The notes beneath the pieces are model-generated. The model made no database searches, was not told where the DNA came from, and was given only the letters and a program-made list of their open reading frames with translations. A stretch of 64,000 bases of DNA from Sphaerodactylus townsendi. Lineage: Eukaryota. The stretch covers positions 112,406,001 to 112,470,000 of the forward strand of contig NC_059427.1 in NCBI RefSeq assembly GCF_021028975.2. The letters run 5' to 3'. Each line of letters starts with the position of its first letter. Position 1 is the stretch's first letter. Below are positions 50,376 to 63,330 of the stretch, one piece after another. The position numbers were made by a program, and so were the translations under genes.

Positions 50376-51664
50376 CAGGGACGTAGGTATAGATTTTTTA
50401 TGGGGGAGTTCGGGGGGGCCACCCCCACCCGCTCCTAGGGCATGGCCACGCCTCTCCAAGCCCCGCCCCTGGCCTAGTGCTTATAAAAGCAGCTATCCAA
50501 GGCCCGGGACAGCAGACTCCTTTGCCCTGCCCTCCCCTGCCCCCTACCAGCTGGGCTCCCAGCCGGCAGTTCCTTCTGCCCTCCCCTCTGGGCAGAGGCA
50601 CAGAGGGAAAATGGAGCCCGGTGCAAAATCTGAGTTTTGCGCCCCCCCCGGGCAGCCGCTGTGATGCTGGAATCCACCCCCAAACAGCATCACTTTCAAT
50701 GGTGTTTAAACTAGATAGCCCAAATTCTCCTTTTAAATCCACCTTAAAGGGAGAATCTGGGGTCCCTAGTTAAACAACATTGAAAGTGATGCTGTTTTGG
50801 GGTGGATTCTCCCCCACCCTGAAACAGCATCACTTTCAATGTGGCGTAGTGGTTAAGAGCAGGTGGATTCTAATCTGGAGGAACCGGGTTTGATTCCCTG
50901 CTCTGCCGCTTGAGCTGTGGAGGCTTATCTGGGGAATTCAGATTAGCCTGTGCACTCCCACACATGCCAGCTGGGTGACCTTGGGCTAGTCACAGCTTTT
51001 CGGAGCTCTCTCAGCCCCACCCACCTCACAGGGTGTTTGTTGTGGGGGAGCAAGGGCAAGGAGAGTGTAAGCCCCTTTGAGTCTCCTACAGGAGAGAAAG
51101 GGGGATATAAATCCAAACTCTTCTTCTTCTTCTAAACTGAGGATCTCAGATTCTCCCTTTAAATCCATGCCGAAAGGGGTGGATTTAAAAGGAGAATCTG
51201 GGGAAATTTGGGGGGTGCCTGCTGTCAGGGGTGCAATTGTTAACCTAACAGCACCAAACATTCAGGGTATCTTTAGGAGACTCTTCTAATGATACCACCC
51301 AGGTTTGGTGAAGTTTGGTTCAGGGGGTCCAAAATTATGGACCCTCAAAAGTGTAGCCCCCATCTTCTATTAGCTCCCATTGGAAACAATGGAGGATGGG
51401 GCACCCCCTTTGGGAGTCCATAACTTTGGACCCCCTGAACCAAACCTCACCAAACCTGGGTAGTATCATCAGGAGAGTCCCCCAAACAATCTCTAAAAGT
51501 TTGGTGCTGCTAGCCCAAACAATGCTCCCCTTGCAGGCCAAAAACCAAAAAAACACTAAACATGTTTTAAAAACCCACAAACGGAGGGGCGGAGCTTTGG
51601 ACATGAATTGTGGGGGGGGGGGTTTGAACCCGAGAAACACACACACCCCTTACCTACGTCCTTG
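50376..51664 (+). mobile_element. Non-autonomous hAT element, same family, with a nested SINE
   Basis: TIR CAGGGACGTAGGTA/TACCTACGTCCTTG; perfect TSD CTTGATAC (50368-50375, 51665-51672). Confidence 0.9.
50841..51133 (+). mobile_element. Same SINE, nested in the hAT element 50376-51664
   Basis: Full A/B boxes, body and CTT tail; it interrupts the host element at a position that is contiguous in the 39719-40946 copy. Confidence 0.88.
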
Positions 51665-52453
51665 CTTGATACATCTGTTCAAAATGGGGGGAAATGAATG
51701 ATTAAAAGTATGGGTTAAAAATTCTGCTGGAACACTTGAGATGAAAGATCAAAAGGCATATTTTAGAAGGAGAAAAACCCACCATTTGAATGAACTGAAT
51801 GGCTGCTTCCTGACAGTTTGTATCTCTCTATCACACTGTATTACTTGCATTCTCATTCCCTAGCAATTCTCAGATTACTTGTTTGGTCTAGGACTTGGGC
51901 ATTTTAAACACAATCCCTTACCTGCTGCCACCTGAGGATATACCCAGGTGACAATGCCCTCCTTTTATTATCTACACCTGGACACACCCAGGTCATAATG
52001 TTCTATTCTTATTATCTACACCTGACTTAGAAGACAGGTGGAAAGCCAAAACAAACAAACCCAGCAGCACGTTTTGACTCAAGCCTGCTTGATAGACTAC
52101 AACGCATGGAACAATATTTTTCCTAACTTTGAAAAATATAATAAAACATACAGTCAATCTATTCATGATGATTTGATAAAGCTGCCTTTAATAAAAGAAC
52201 CTCACTGAATACTTGCTGTTTTTAGACGTCATGGAAACAAAACACTTTCACATGAGAGCTGAATGTGTGTCAGGCTTGATAACAGATTAAAGGCTATCTC
52301 TTCGCCCAGTTCTGAAATGCACTGTTTCACCATTGGATAGCAACTTTTGAGAAAAATTTTAATCTCAACAATGTCACAATCAGTGGTCACAAACATAGTA
52401 ATATCTTGCTACCCATTATCTTGTTACCCATTTTCATATGAAGTATCACCTAT

Positions 52454-52680
52454 GAGCCAGTGTGGTCAAATGGTTAAGAACAACAGACTCTGCTCTGGAG
52501 AACCAAGTTTGATTCCTCATTTGTCCACATGAAGCTTGTTGCATGACCTTGGGCCAGTCACGATTCTCTCAGAACCTCCCAGCCCCACCTACCTCACAAG
52601 GTGCCTCCTGGGGGCGAGGAGGCTATTGCAAACCACTTTGAGACAAAAGTGGCAAATAAAAACCAACTCTTCTTCTTCCT
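52454..52680 (+). mobile_element. Older Squam3-like SINE
   Basis: gagccagtgtggt..tggttaag...ggagaaccaagtttgattcc...CTT tail. Confidence 0.7.
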
Positions 52681-54565
52681 CCCCCTTTTCCAGAGTTTCT
52701 TCAATTTCCAACCACAACAAAAAATAGATTACCTCCCTACCATGGCCTAGCCTCCCTTTTTATCTCCAAATAAGATACAGTCATCTGCTACTTTTGCTGT
52801 GACCAATAAGACTGTTCTCTTGTCATCTATGAACTGTGAAGGGTCTTGTAAAAGGTCAACTGTTGACCAGTGTGGTCAACTGGGAAGAAGAGTGTATTTT
52901 CCTGCTCAAAATTTCCCTTGCTTTGTTAAGGTAATGGGTGATTGACTGGACTTCTTGTATGGGTCATTATGGATCACTGAAATATTAATTTCATACATTA
53001 AGGTTGTTCACTGGCATGTACAGAAGACTATACTATGCCCTAGATTGGTTCTCCAGTAAATATATCACCTGTTAAGAGGTTTAAGAAAAGCAGGTCACCT
53101 TTTACAACCTACTAGATGCACATCTTTCAAAGCTGTTCAGCCCTCTCAAATCATACTCATGGAAACACAACTGGAAAGCCAGACAGCTCATGGAGGCATT
53201 TTAATCTCTCTCATTGAAAAAGCACTCAAGACAGCAACATGATCTTGGCAGCAAACCACTTACACGGTATAATAGTACTTGTTTATATATGTTCTGCTAT
53301 AAGATCTCTTTCCTCAATGAGATATCCCAGCACCCTCTATAAAGATGAGTAGGAAATTAATACATATCCTACCCTGGTGCTACAAAAACTAACAAAAAAT
53401 TCTGAATGTAAAAACAGTACCTCACTTGAACCATGTATCTGGTTAGGATTTCTACACCATAACACATTAAAGCCAATTACAGCCTCTTTCAGTCTAAGAA
53501 ATGCCACTAGTTTCTCCCCTCTCCCTGTAGCAGGCAGGCATCAGGAGTGCACAGCGAGATATTGTCATAGAAGTGGAGAGAGAACTCAAGAAAACAGTCA
53601 CAAAGTTTCACGACTGCAGATGGCTAAACACAATTGGATTGGGGCGGGGAGGAAGAGGAAATGCCACCTGGAAGAATGAAAACTTGTTTGTGCAAATGGT
53701 TCCAGATCCAGGATACAGTCTGAGTAGATACAATGTTGATCATTTTGATGACCTGTCGCAGGGAGAAGTTTTATCAAAGGAAATCAGTCTATACCAACCG
53801 AAAAGAATATGTCCCTTTGGAGGATGTCCTTTTACAGAAATTAAACACATTGAATCTTGAAAAATAACCAGGGGTACATTTAAAATCCTAAAAAAACTGG
53901 AACCGTTGCATGGGTTAATGGATCCCAAACTTTCTGCAGCTACTAAATTTTCCCAACCCACTTCAACCAAATCAACGTCATTCTGCTTTCCCCCTCTCTC
54001 CAATACCAAACATAGGAATCTCATGTTCATTAAAAACGAAGCCATTTATATCCTTTCTTTCACATTCAGTTCTTCTGAATGCATAAAATCACTGAGCAAC
54101 AGGCCATGTTTCGTGGCAATTTGGCACTCTGTGCAGAGGCAGCCCCAAATTTGCTATCAGTTTGTTTTCCAGAGCTTCCCTTCCCACCTTACCTTACATT
54201 TCCTCCTCCCTCCTGACCTTACAACTAGGATGGCTGACCTTCAGGTGGGACCAGGAAATCTCCGGGAAGTGAGACTGATCTGCAGACTACAGAGGTCAGT
54301 TCCCTTAGAGAAAAAGGGAGCTGTGGAGAGTGAGCTCTCTGGCATTATATTCTACTATGCTCCCGCCTCTCTCCACGCTCCACCCTCCCAGAGCTCCTCC
54401 CCTAAATCTCTGGGAATTTCCCATCCCAGAGCTGGCAACCTAAATGACAATCCATCTGTGAGAGAACTGCAACCCATTTTTTTTTTTAGTTTCAAACCAC
54501 AATTGGAGAAATACTGTATTAGACTGATAGGGATGCAAGGAGTTTTGAACTATCCCAGTAGAGGG

Positions 54566-54844
54566 GTGGTGTAGTGGTTCAGAGTGGCACTGGCAGACTC
54601 TAATCTAGACAACCAATTTTGTCTAATGTGGAGAACCAGATTTCTTTTCCCACTCCTCTGCATGACGCCTGATGGGCGACCTCTGCCAAGTCACAGTTCT
54701 CCCAGAGTCACAAATCTCTCAGCATCACTTACCTCACAAGGTGACTGTTGTGAGCGGGGGAAGAGAAGGCAATCATAAGCCACTTACAGATTCCTTAAAG
54801 GCTGAGAAAAGTGCGGTGTAAAAGCCAACTCCTCTTCTTCTTCT
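54566..54844 (+). mobile_element. Squam3-like SINE
   Basis: tggtgtagtggtt...ggagaaccag...acctcacaaggtgactgttgtg...CTT tail. Confidence 0.7.
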
Positions 54845-57800
54845 ACCCCATACCATTACCGAAAACCACTTTTCAAACCCCCTTGGTTTCAAAAGTGACA
54901 AAGAAGGTTGGTTGAAGAAAAACAAAACAAGTCCAAAGTCCTGTTGGACTCATAGAGCTAGTTTTACAGTGCTTTGGATCCTGGCCCATTTCTCTACAGC
55001 AAGGTCTAGGGAAAGGTTAAGAAGAGGCCAAACAGTAGGCCAGAATTTAAAGAGCTACCTCCTTTAGGAGAGCTCAGTCTCTTCACAAGCATGAGCTGGA
55101 AAAGATTTGCAGTGGGCTTTGCAGAAAAACACAAACACACCCTCCAAGCACCCATGAACCAGTGTCAAAGCTCCCTGGTGGAAGCAAGAATGGATGACAA
55201 ATTGCTGACCTATTGAAGACTTCCTGCTGCTTCAGCCTTCAGAGACTGCATTTTTACAGCAACATATAAAAACTAATGTGTACATTCAACAAAATGCAGA
55301 TTTCAAACCCCTTACATCATATAAAAAGATAAGCTGAAGAGGGTGAGATTGGCCTAGGCGCCCTGCTTAGCTTACATGTATTTGACATTAAACACAAAAT
55401 ACATAGGGCTGAACTCTCTTGACCAATCAGGGACCTTGAATCTCATAAAGGAGAATACCAGTTGAAGCTTAAACCTCATAAAACTCAGGAAAGTAGGGGA
55501 TGGGGTATTTGTGCTTAGCAGTAGTGGACTGTTCCAATGAGAAGAGACAATGCTCCTCAGACAGGTCGGGATTTACTGGAGCATGGATAGGGAGGAGGGA
55601 GGCAAGACAGTTGTGCTCCAAGGGTGAAAACCAGTTCAGCTGCAGACATAAACAAACAATCCTGTGACATCTTAGAGACCATCATTTTTCCCCAACGTAA
55701 GCTTCTGTGGTACCCAGCTTGCTGGTGGTAAAGTGTAGCAGATGACTGAGGAAGGCAATGGCAAACCAAACCATAAACAGTCTGCCTAGTAAACGGTGTG
55801 ATGTGACATCACCCCATGGGTTAGTAATGACCTGGTGCTTGCACAGTGGACTGACTGCCTTTACTGAAGCTTTTGTGGACTACAGTCCACTTCTTCAGTT
55901 AAAATGCAGAACAGTTTCTTATTAGACAGATCTAGACTACATGAAAAGAAAATGGGGATAAAAGCAGCAGGGTAAAAAAAAACCCCACGAAAGGCAGAAT
56001 GTTGGGTAAATATTTGCTTGTAAGATACTAATCTAATCCAAAAAAGTACAGACAATTCACCAGTTTTGCTAAGCTACTTAACACCTGGAGTTGGTGGGAG
56101 TCTTAGACCCAAGACATTTAACACCTAGGGATGAACAAGAAGCAGTCTTAATAAGATTCTCTCACTGCAGTGCTCTTGTAGTTGAACAGTCTGGGTGATC
56201 CTCCAAACATAACAGCTGTGTAACTGGTCCCTCACCTTTAAACACCATGTTTTGGGGGAAAGCTAGATAGGAAAGTTAGTCCGGCTCTCCAGGCTCACCC
56301 TCAGGGCCTCTGCTTGTCCCTGAACTACAGCACACAGAGTTCACACTCCAAACGCAAGGGAGGCAATAAGCTATGCTTGTCCTATTCCTTGGAGGGAAAA
56401 GGCCCAGACAAGAAACAGCTTTTGAAAAAAAATATTGCACTATGATGTTGTCAGCAGCAATGGGGGAGGGGAAGGGGGCAGATTCAGAGTGTTTTAAAGT
56501 GTCTGTCTAGTTACAACATGAGGTAATCAGCACCACTCTTAAATTCTGCCTGCAAAAGAAAGTTGAGCTATACAAAAAACACTTCTGCTTTTATTTTATT
56601 GACCAAAGAACAAGGAGAAGGAAATTATGCAAATCCAATTGCAGCCAGAAATGAACAGGAGTCATGAAGTTTCCTCCACAAACACCTCGCAAGGAGCAGA
56701 GGGATAGGCCTCAGTAATATGCCCATGACATACTGTGGTTGAAGAGACTTTGAGTTCATTATAGGACCAATCTGTGTTATGGCAGGGAGCACCTACAAGG
56801 ACTCTGCAAAGTGGCTGTAACTGGTAAAAGCCAGGGAAGGTAGATACCACACAACTCATCAGGACAGAGATATCCATGGCTGAGTCAGGAAAAAGGAGAC
56901 TTGCATCAAGGATTTGGGAACAGTCAGAAGAGAATAGAGGGTGACAGAAGGAATATTCAGCGTTTTATTATTTTCTCGCTTTCAAACTACCCTTCATGCA
57001 CCTGCTTTTCTGGTTGACATGTAAATACCTTAAATAAAACACTGACACTAGTTTAAGCTGGATTTCCTATGAGAGCAGAACATACATTTTTATGTATGTC
57101 AAATGATATATATTTAAAACTGACATTCATCCTGAGCTGGAAGACATCAGGCAGGAAAAGGAGTTTTCTAAGGCTTGCTCCTGAGATCATTAAACCTGGG
57201 ATGTTGTTCCTCATGCAAAGCCTATCCTCTCCCACCAAACCACAGCCCTTCCTCAGAGCAGGATAACAATCTAAATAACACTCGTACAATCAATACCCCT
57301 CATAAGTTTATCCAGCTCAGCTCTAAAATGAATGAGGCTTTTGTTCCCGTGACTGTTCCAGGAAGGATATTTGTTAATTTGATTCTTCCAAGAGTTAAGC
57401 CTTCATCTGACCTCAAACTACTTTCCTTTAGAGATAGTTGATTATATATATTTATACTCTTAGGCCCATTCTTCATCTTACTGGGAAATGCCTATTTTTT
57501 TCCAAAGTTATACATTATTAAATTCCTGTTTGCACTAACCATGATCTGAAAAGGAAGATACACAGAATCCACTCATTCATGAAGTTCAGCTGTACTCTAG
57601 ACATTCCCTACTTGCTAACCAGGGCACAGACAGTAAGAAAATAACATGTTTATCAAGCTTCCAAGAGGGCATTAAAACAATTGGGAGGCAAAAATGCAGA
57701 ATTAATGCTTGAAAGAAGCAGTTGGCAGCTGGGGTCTTCCCTGCCATACTGACAGTCTAGAAACTGTCTCATTATGAAAATTGTGTTGCAGAGACAGGGC

Positions 57801-60299
57801 ACTCCAAGTTCTCATTTCTCAATGAAACCTCCCCTTTTAGCCATAACAGAAACTTAAGGCACCTTCTTTAGTACCAACTTTACTGACACGCTATGCAGCA
57901 ATTGAAATTAAGGCAGAAAGGGAGAAAATAGGTCACAGCTTGAATATGAACCCCACTGGTGCAGGCAATTTTGCCTTCATACTCCTAGAGTCTGTGGCAA
58001 AACTCTGCTCTTCTAGATGAAATCGGGGATTATGAAACTCACATTTTCTTTCCAAAACACCCAAACCCAAAGCTTTCTCTCCTGTTGTGTGAACTTTTGT
58101 ACTGTACCATTTGAACCAATTACTCGCATTTGTATCACTTTTAATTAATATACCCAAAGATGCGTAAAAAACACGCCATGGATATCACTTCTATTTTAGA
58201 TTAATGAGCAGCAAAAACCAAGTAAACCAACATAAGCACATCCATATGAAGTGAGTCTGACAGATAGGAACCTGACCCCTTGAAAACAAACGTTTGAGTT
58301 CTCTGCACATTTGCATGAGTAACATCCCACAGAGTTCACTACAAACAAGACTCAAGCAACATTTTAAAGGGGGGGGGGATAACATTATTCCAGCATAATA
58401 TTTTGTAGACTAGATCTGATGGATGGGCTTTGGTCCATGAAAGCTCAATGGCAGAATAAAATTTTGTCACGAGGCTCCTGTTTATTTCTGCTGCACCAGG
58501 TTAACACAGAAGTGCATAGGACCGAAGCCAAAGTCAGATTTTAGCACAGTTTAAGCAAGCTTTTCTGTCACCACACAGATAAGCAGGACAGAGGCATACT
58601 TTTTTTCAAGGAAAAGAACTCCTGGAATGAAAAGACCCCATTACACCAAAAGCATATGCAGTTTGAAACCAGTCAAAATACATTTAGTTACACTTCAAAG
58701 GGGAGAACTCTTGAGCCATGGGAGGGGAGCAAGTAGGAATTAATTATCACTTATGAAGATAAATGTCCGCAGGGAACACTCAGAGACAATGACTGTTGAT
58801 CTGTGCCAAATGGTTGTAAGCAGGATAAAAGAAAGGCCCACAGAGTATTCCCCTATCCTCTTAAGTGATCGCAAATGAAGCCAGCACTAGAAAAAAAAAA
58901 AGATTGGTTAAAGTGATAAAAATCAAGCATATTTTTCTATCTTTACCTTAAATAGGAAGAGGACATTAGCAAGGTGAAGCGCCATGTGAACCATTATCAT
59001 AAGCAGATTGTCACAAAGTGGAAAACCCTGTCGCATCTAGAAGTTCTCCACGAAAATGTATTTTTTTTTGCTATCATGTTGCAACTAATTTATGGTAACC
59101 CACAAGGTTTGCAAGGCAACATTCAGAGGTGATTTGCTGCTGCCTGCCTCTGTGTAGTAAATTTCAACTTCCCTCCAAGTACTAACCAGGAATGACCCTG
59201 CTTAGCTTCCGAGACCTGATGAGATCATCAGTAGCCTGGACTATCTATGTCAGGGCATTCACATATTCTCCCAGTTTTCAAGGAGGTTTGGTAACATTAA
59301 ATGCCGCCAAACTAGTTTTGTTTTTGCACCATCCTTTTAAAGCTTACACCACATGTTACTTTCTACCTCTGCCACAGGGCTCCTGCTACAACAAAAGTCC
59401 AGATTCAATTTCCAGCATTGCTTCAAAAGGGTTCTAGATGGCAAGAGATGAGAAAGGCCTTTCCCTGCCCAATACCCACTCTGACCCTGCCAGTAAAAGT
59501 AAAAAAGAGTCAGCTAGATGAACCAATGGACTGACATATCATAAAGCAGCTTTCTATGTTCAACCAAGTCACTCATCTCCTTGGAAGAAAACAGTGGAGC
59601 CCTAAAACGGCTAGATAGGTGGGATTGGAAAAGGGGGGGGGGCTGCCTGACACATGCAATGTGATGGGGAACTATCCAAAGAAACCCAAAAACACAACCA
59701 GTGGAGCTGCCTGTCAATGTCCTAAGCTGAAAATCCACAGCCAACTCTTATATTTTAGTATCTGCTGCTATATTTACTTGCTTCTTCAAAATACACCACA
59801 AGCTGATTTTGCAACTCATAAAAACACTGGAAGATAGTAAACACCCTGCAGAGTCTGCAGCTCTACCCAAAGCAGCAGCCCAGCACTGAACATGGCGCAC
59901 GAGGCACAACATTTTGCGTCCATGGGATCTTAGCTTGCCTTGCACTTATTTATTTTAAGGACACCTTTGTAGTCTTTATGGCCCCAAGGGAAACTTAAAA
60001 GTCTGCGGGCAATACCAGCTTGAAATCAGAAACTACAGAAACAATTGGGTAAGATTGGCGGTTGCCACGGGCGGGGCTCCTCCTCTTGCTAACCAGCAAA
60101 ACCGAACGAAAAGACGCAAATGGTCCATCCCGCAGAATTTATGCAAAGCAAGGGGACGCATGGATAGATGACCACTGTGCAACATGTATCCAAGGCGCAG
60201 AATCCCACAGAATTCCCAGGCATAGAAACTTTGCTCTTCAGAGCGCAGACTTCCGTGCATCCCTGAATCTTACTTATCATTGGCCCCCTCTTGGCTCGC

Positions 60300-60830
60300 A
60301 ATAGCCGCCTGCCATGTGGGTCCCGAGGAAGTCAGCCGTCAGATCTGGAAGCTTTTAGAAGCGGAGATGCCTGCTCAAACGACCCCCGGATTTTAATGGA
60401 TACCTTCTTATCAGAGCAGAGGCTCGAGAAATCGCACGACTTGCCAAGGGGTTGACCCCAGTCAGCGTTCCCCCGTTCGCCCCTGAACCCGCGGAGACTC
60501 CAGATGCCGAAGCTGTAGCAGCCCACCCCCGTGGAGGGGTCCCTGAGGCCCTTCCGCCACCTACCTGCCCGGCACCTTCTCCCTGAGTCCCGCACTCCCG
60601 GCCCATCCTCGGCAGCACAGAACCAGTTCAGCAGCTCGCCCGCAACTCCGCTCCGAAACCCTCGAGCTCCGATTGGCAACAGGCGCAGCCGGCAGATTCC
60701 ATCGTCCGGCCGGAGAGAGGCTGCAGACCGGTTCCTGGCGGGGAGGGGAGGAGGGCGGGACAGGAGGAAGGCGGGGCTAGAAGCAACAACTCCAGACCAC
60801 GCCCACAGACCACCTTGGGGGGGGGGGGTC
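60300..60830 (-). promoter_or_regulatory. CpG island; likely PIK3R5 distal promoter and non-coding exon 1 (exon 3' end at 60565)
   Basis: Only non-repeat CpG-dense stretch in the window. GC-box-like GGGCGG and GGCGGG at about 60753-60778, CCAAT on the minus strand at about 60672-60676, and a strong minus-strand donor CAG|GTAGGT at 60565/60564. Confidence 0.65.
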
Positions 60831-60880
60831 GACTGCTTCTGTACCTCCCAAAGTTTTAGAAGAGGAAAGGAACGAAAGCA

Positions 60881-61164
60881 GGAGGAGGAGGAGGAGGAGG
60901 AGAATTGGATTTATATTCCCCCCCTTTCTCTCTTGCAAGGAGACTCAAAGGGGCTTACAAACTCCTTTCCCTTCCCCCCTGCGAGGTGGGTGGGGCTGAG
61001 AGAGCTCCGAAAAGCTGTGACTCGCCCAAGGTCACCCAGCTGGCGTGTGTGGGAGTGCACAGGCGAATCTGAATTCCCCAGATAAGCCTCCACAGCTCAG
61101 GCGGCAGAGCAGGGAATCAAACCCCCTGCAGATTGGAGTACACCTGCTCTTAACCACTACGCCA
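60881..61164 (-). mobile_element. Squam3-like SINE immediately upstream of the CpG island
   Basis: Reverse complement of the 7578 and 50841 family. Confidence 0.85.
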
Positions 61165-61441
61165 CTGCTACTTTCACTGTTGGTGACAGAAAGACACCTG
61201 TCCTGCCACCTACCCCCTTGCTTCCAGTGTTCGTGTCTGCTTCAGAAGTCCAGGAGATGCAATGCTGTAATCGCTTCTTCTCAAGAAACCTTGCCAATTT
61301 AAATGACAAATAAAATAAAGCCAGTATTTCAGTTAAGTTGATTGATAACTGGGTCGTTCCCATCTTAGACTGTCAAAATATAGGATCCCCTGCACAGTGC
61401 TGAATCCCGTGGCACCTGGATTTTAATTATACATTTCGCTG

Positions 61442-61593
61442 NNNNNNNNNNNNNNNNNNNNNNNNNNNNNNNNNNNNNNNNNNNNNNNNNNNNNNNNNNN
61501 NNNNNNNNNNNNNNNNNNNNNNNNNNNNNNNNNNNNNNNNNNNNNNNNNNNNNNNNNNNNNNNNNNNNNNNNNNNNNNNNNNNNNNNNNNNNN
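61442..61593. other. Assembly gap (N run)
   Basis: 152 N. Confidence 1.
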
Positions 61594-61829
61594 NTTTATT
61601 AAAACAAGTGAAGATTCTTTCTTGGAGAATAGTCCTTCTTTCAGGATCATTCTGATAACAGATTCCTAAGAGTAAGCAAGAGAGTTCATAGTACTTCCTC
61701 CAGCAAACCTCCTGGAGGCTCATATACTGTTGTGTAGGTGCCACTTTCCCATGGGGCATTGCCACATAGCTTTTACTCCATGCATTAATATCTCTAGACT
61801 TTTCTTTCCTGGGTAACCACAGACAGGAC

Positions 61830-62130
61830 TTGCTCAGTGGTGGCACCTCGCCTTCGGAACACCTTCTTCCTAAGGCTTGCCTGGCATATATTCTTACTTC
61901 CTTGTAGGCACCAGGCCAAAATGGTTCTTTTTTTTTTACCCCAGATAGAGTTTTAAGGGGTGAGGGGTTCCATCTTTTAAAGCTGTTTTATTGCCCTCTT
62001 TTGACGTGAGAACTGTTTTATTGAGGTCATTTTAACTGGCTGGGTGAGGTTTTATAATTTTACTGTTCTGCCTTTCAGCCAGCTTGAGCAGGTCTGTGGA
62101 GAGGCAGCCTATGCATTTTCGGAATCAGTT
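61830..62130 (+). mobile_element. Degenerate L2 3' end
   Basis: ctcagtggtggcacctcgcctt(t)ggaacaccttc...gttttta-rich 3' UTR...agccagcttgagcaggtctgtggagaggcag. Confidence 0.55.
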
Positions 62131-62926
62131 AAACAGACATATGCAATATGCTGCTTTCCCCGAAAGGGTTTAAGGTTGCAATCTATGTAGATGCCTTCCC
62201 CCCCCACCCCCCAGCATTTGATTATGTCTTCAATCTTTTGCTTGTATCAACAGAGGAACTGCACCTTCTCCTTGAAATTTTGGCACTGGGGCTAACCACA
62301 CATTCCTGCTGCACTTTTTAACTGCTGGGAAATCTGCAGTTATATGAGTCATGAAGTAATTCTATGCATGCACAGTGTTCTAGCTGCAGTTTTGCATGCT
62401 CTGCTCACCATAACTCACAAGGCCCCTCAAGGGAATTGCTTCTTGGTCGGTTGCCAGCACAAGGGGATTACAGAACATGGCATCAGCTCTAAGGGCTCAT
62501 GCTGAGAGGAAGGAAATGTAGAAGAAGGAGGAAGGTGGTTTTCCGGGCCATGTGCACTGGCAGGGAGCCTGCAGCAATTGTCAGTGACAAGAGTTGTAAA
62601 CAAAATGGTACGCATCCTTTGGCTGTGCTATAGCATCATATTGCCTGGATTGTATCTAAGTTTTCCTGGAGAAATAATAGCTCAGCCGCCAGAACAAGAT
62701 CTGGGCAAACGTTGTTCAAACAGGACAGAATAATTCTGGCTATCATTCTTCAATCTACTCCTCCCCAGTACCTTCCCCCGTCTCTTCAGGTTTATTCAAA
62801 TTATTGTTTTAGACTTAGATCAAAATAGATTTTCTCCGCAGTAGAAAAATCATTCTAGCTTTGAGTTTTGCTCATCTGAGCACCACCAATCCTTCCCAGG
62901 AATGGAGGACACTAGTTTTAAAATCA

Positions 62927-62927
62927 T

Positions 62928-63013
<86 letters not shown>
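62927..63013. repeat. Compound microsatellite (TTTA)n(TTGA)n at an L2-type tail
   Basis: Seen directly; followed by atttataaaccgccctccccggagggctca. Confidence 0.9.
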
Positions 63014-63015
<2 letters not shown>

Positions 63016-63159
63016 GTTGTATTTATAAACCGCCCTCCCCCGGAGGGCTCATGAATTGTCAAACCAAGCAGCCTCAATTCAGCTACAGATAGTCATACGG
63101 AAGTCCTGTTGAAGGAATCGCTTTGAAAGGATTCAGTCATAACTGACTTTAGCTGGGTC

Positions 63160-63330
63160 CTCATCTGGACCGCCCAGGCTAGCCTGATCTCATCAAATCT
63201 TTGAAGCTAAACGGGGTTGGCCCTGATCAGTACCACAGCTGTGACACAGAGGTGGGCAATGGCAAACCACCTCAATATCTCTTGCCTTGAAAACCCCATA
63301 GAATCAGTTGTGACTTGATGACAAAAAAAA
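63160..63330 (+). mobile_element. 5S rRNA-derived SINE with RTE/BovB-like tail. Related remnants at about 59060-59245 (-), 37970-38025 (-) and 32110-32180.
   Basis: gcctgatctc.tc..atct..gaagctaa.c.gggt (5S head) followed by ggcaatggcaaaccacctc...cttgccttgaaaacccc. Confidence 0.65.

Noticed and set aside
53377-54574. ORFs of 95-222 aa as a nested gene
   Set aside because: No recognisable homology or exon structure; the 3' part is a TAGGGTTGCCA-type MITE.
60531-61085. 184-aa ORF at the CpG island
   Set aside because: High GC suppresses stop codons, and the ORF runs into a SINE.
61423-61846. ORFs spanning N runs (also 20100-20360)
   Set aside because: Artefacts of translating assembly gaps.
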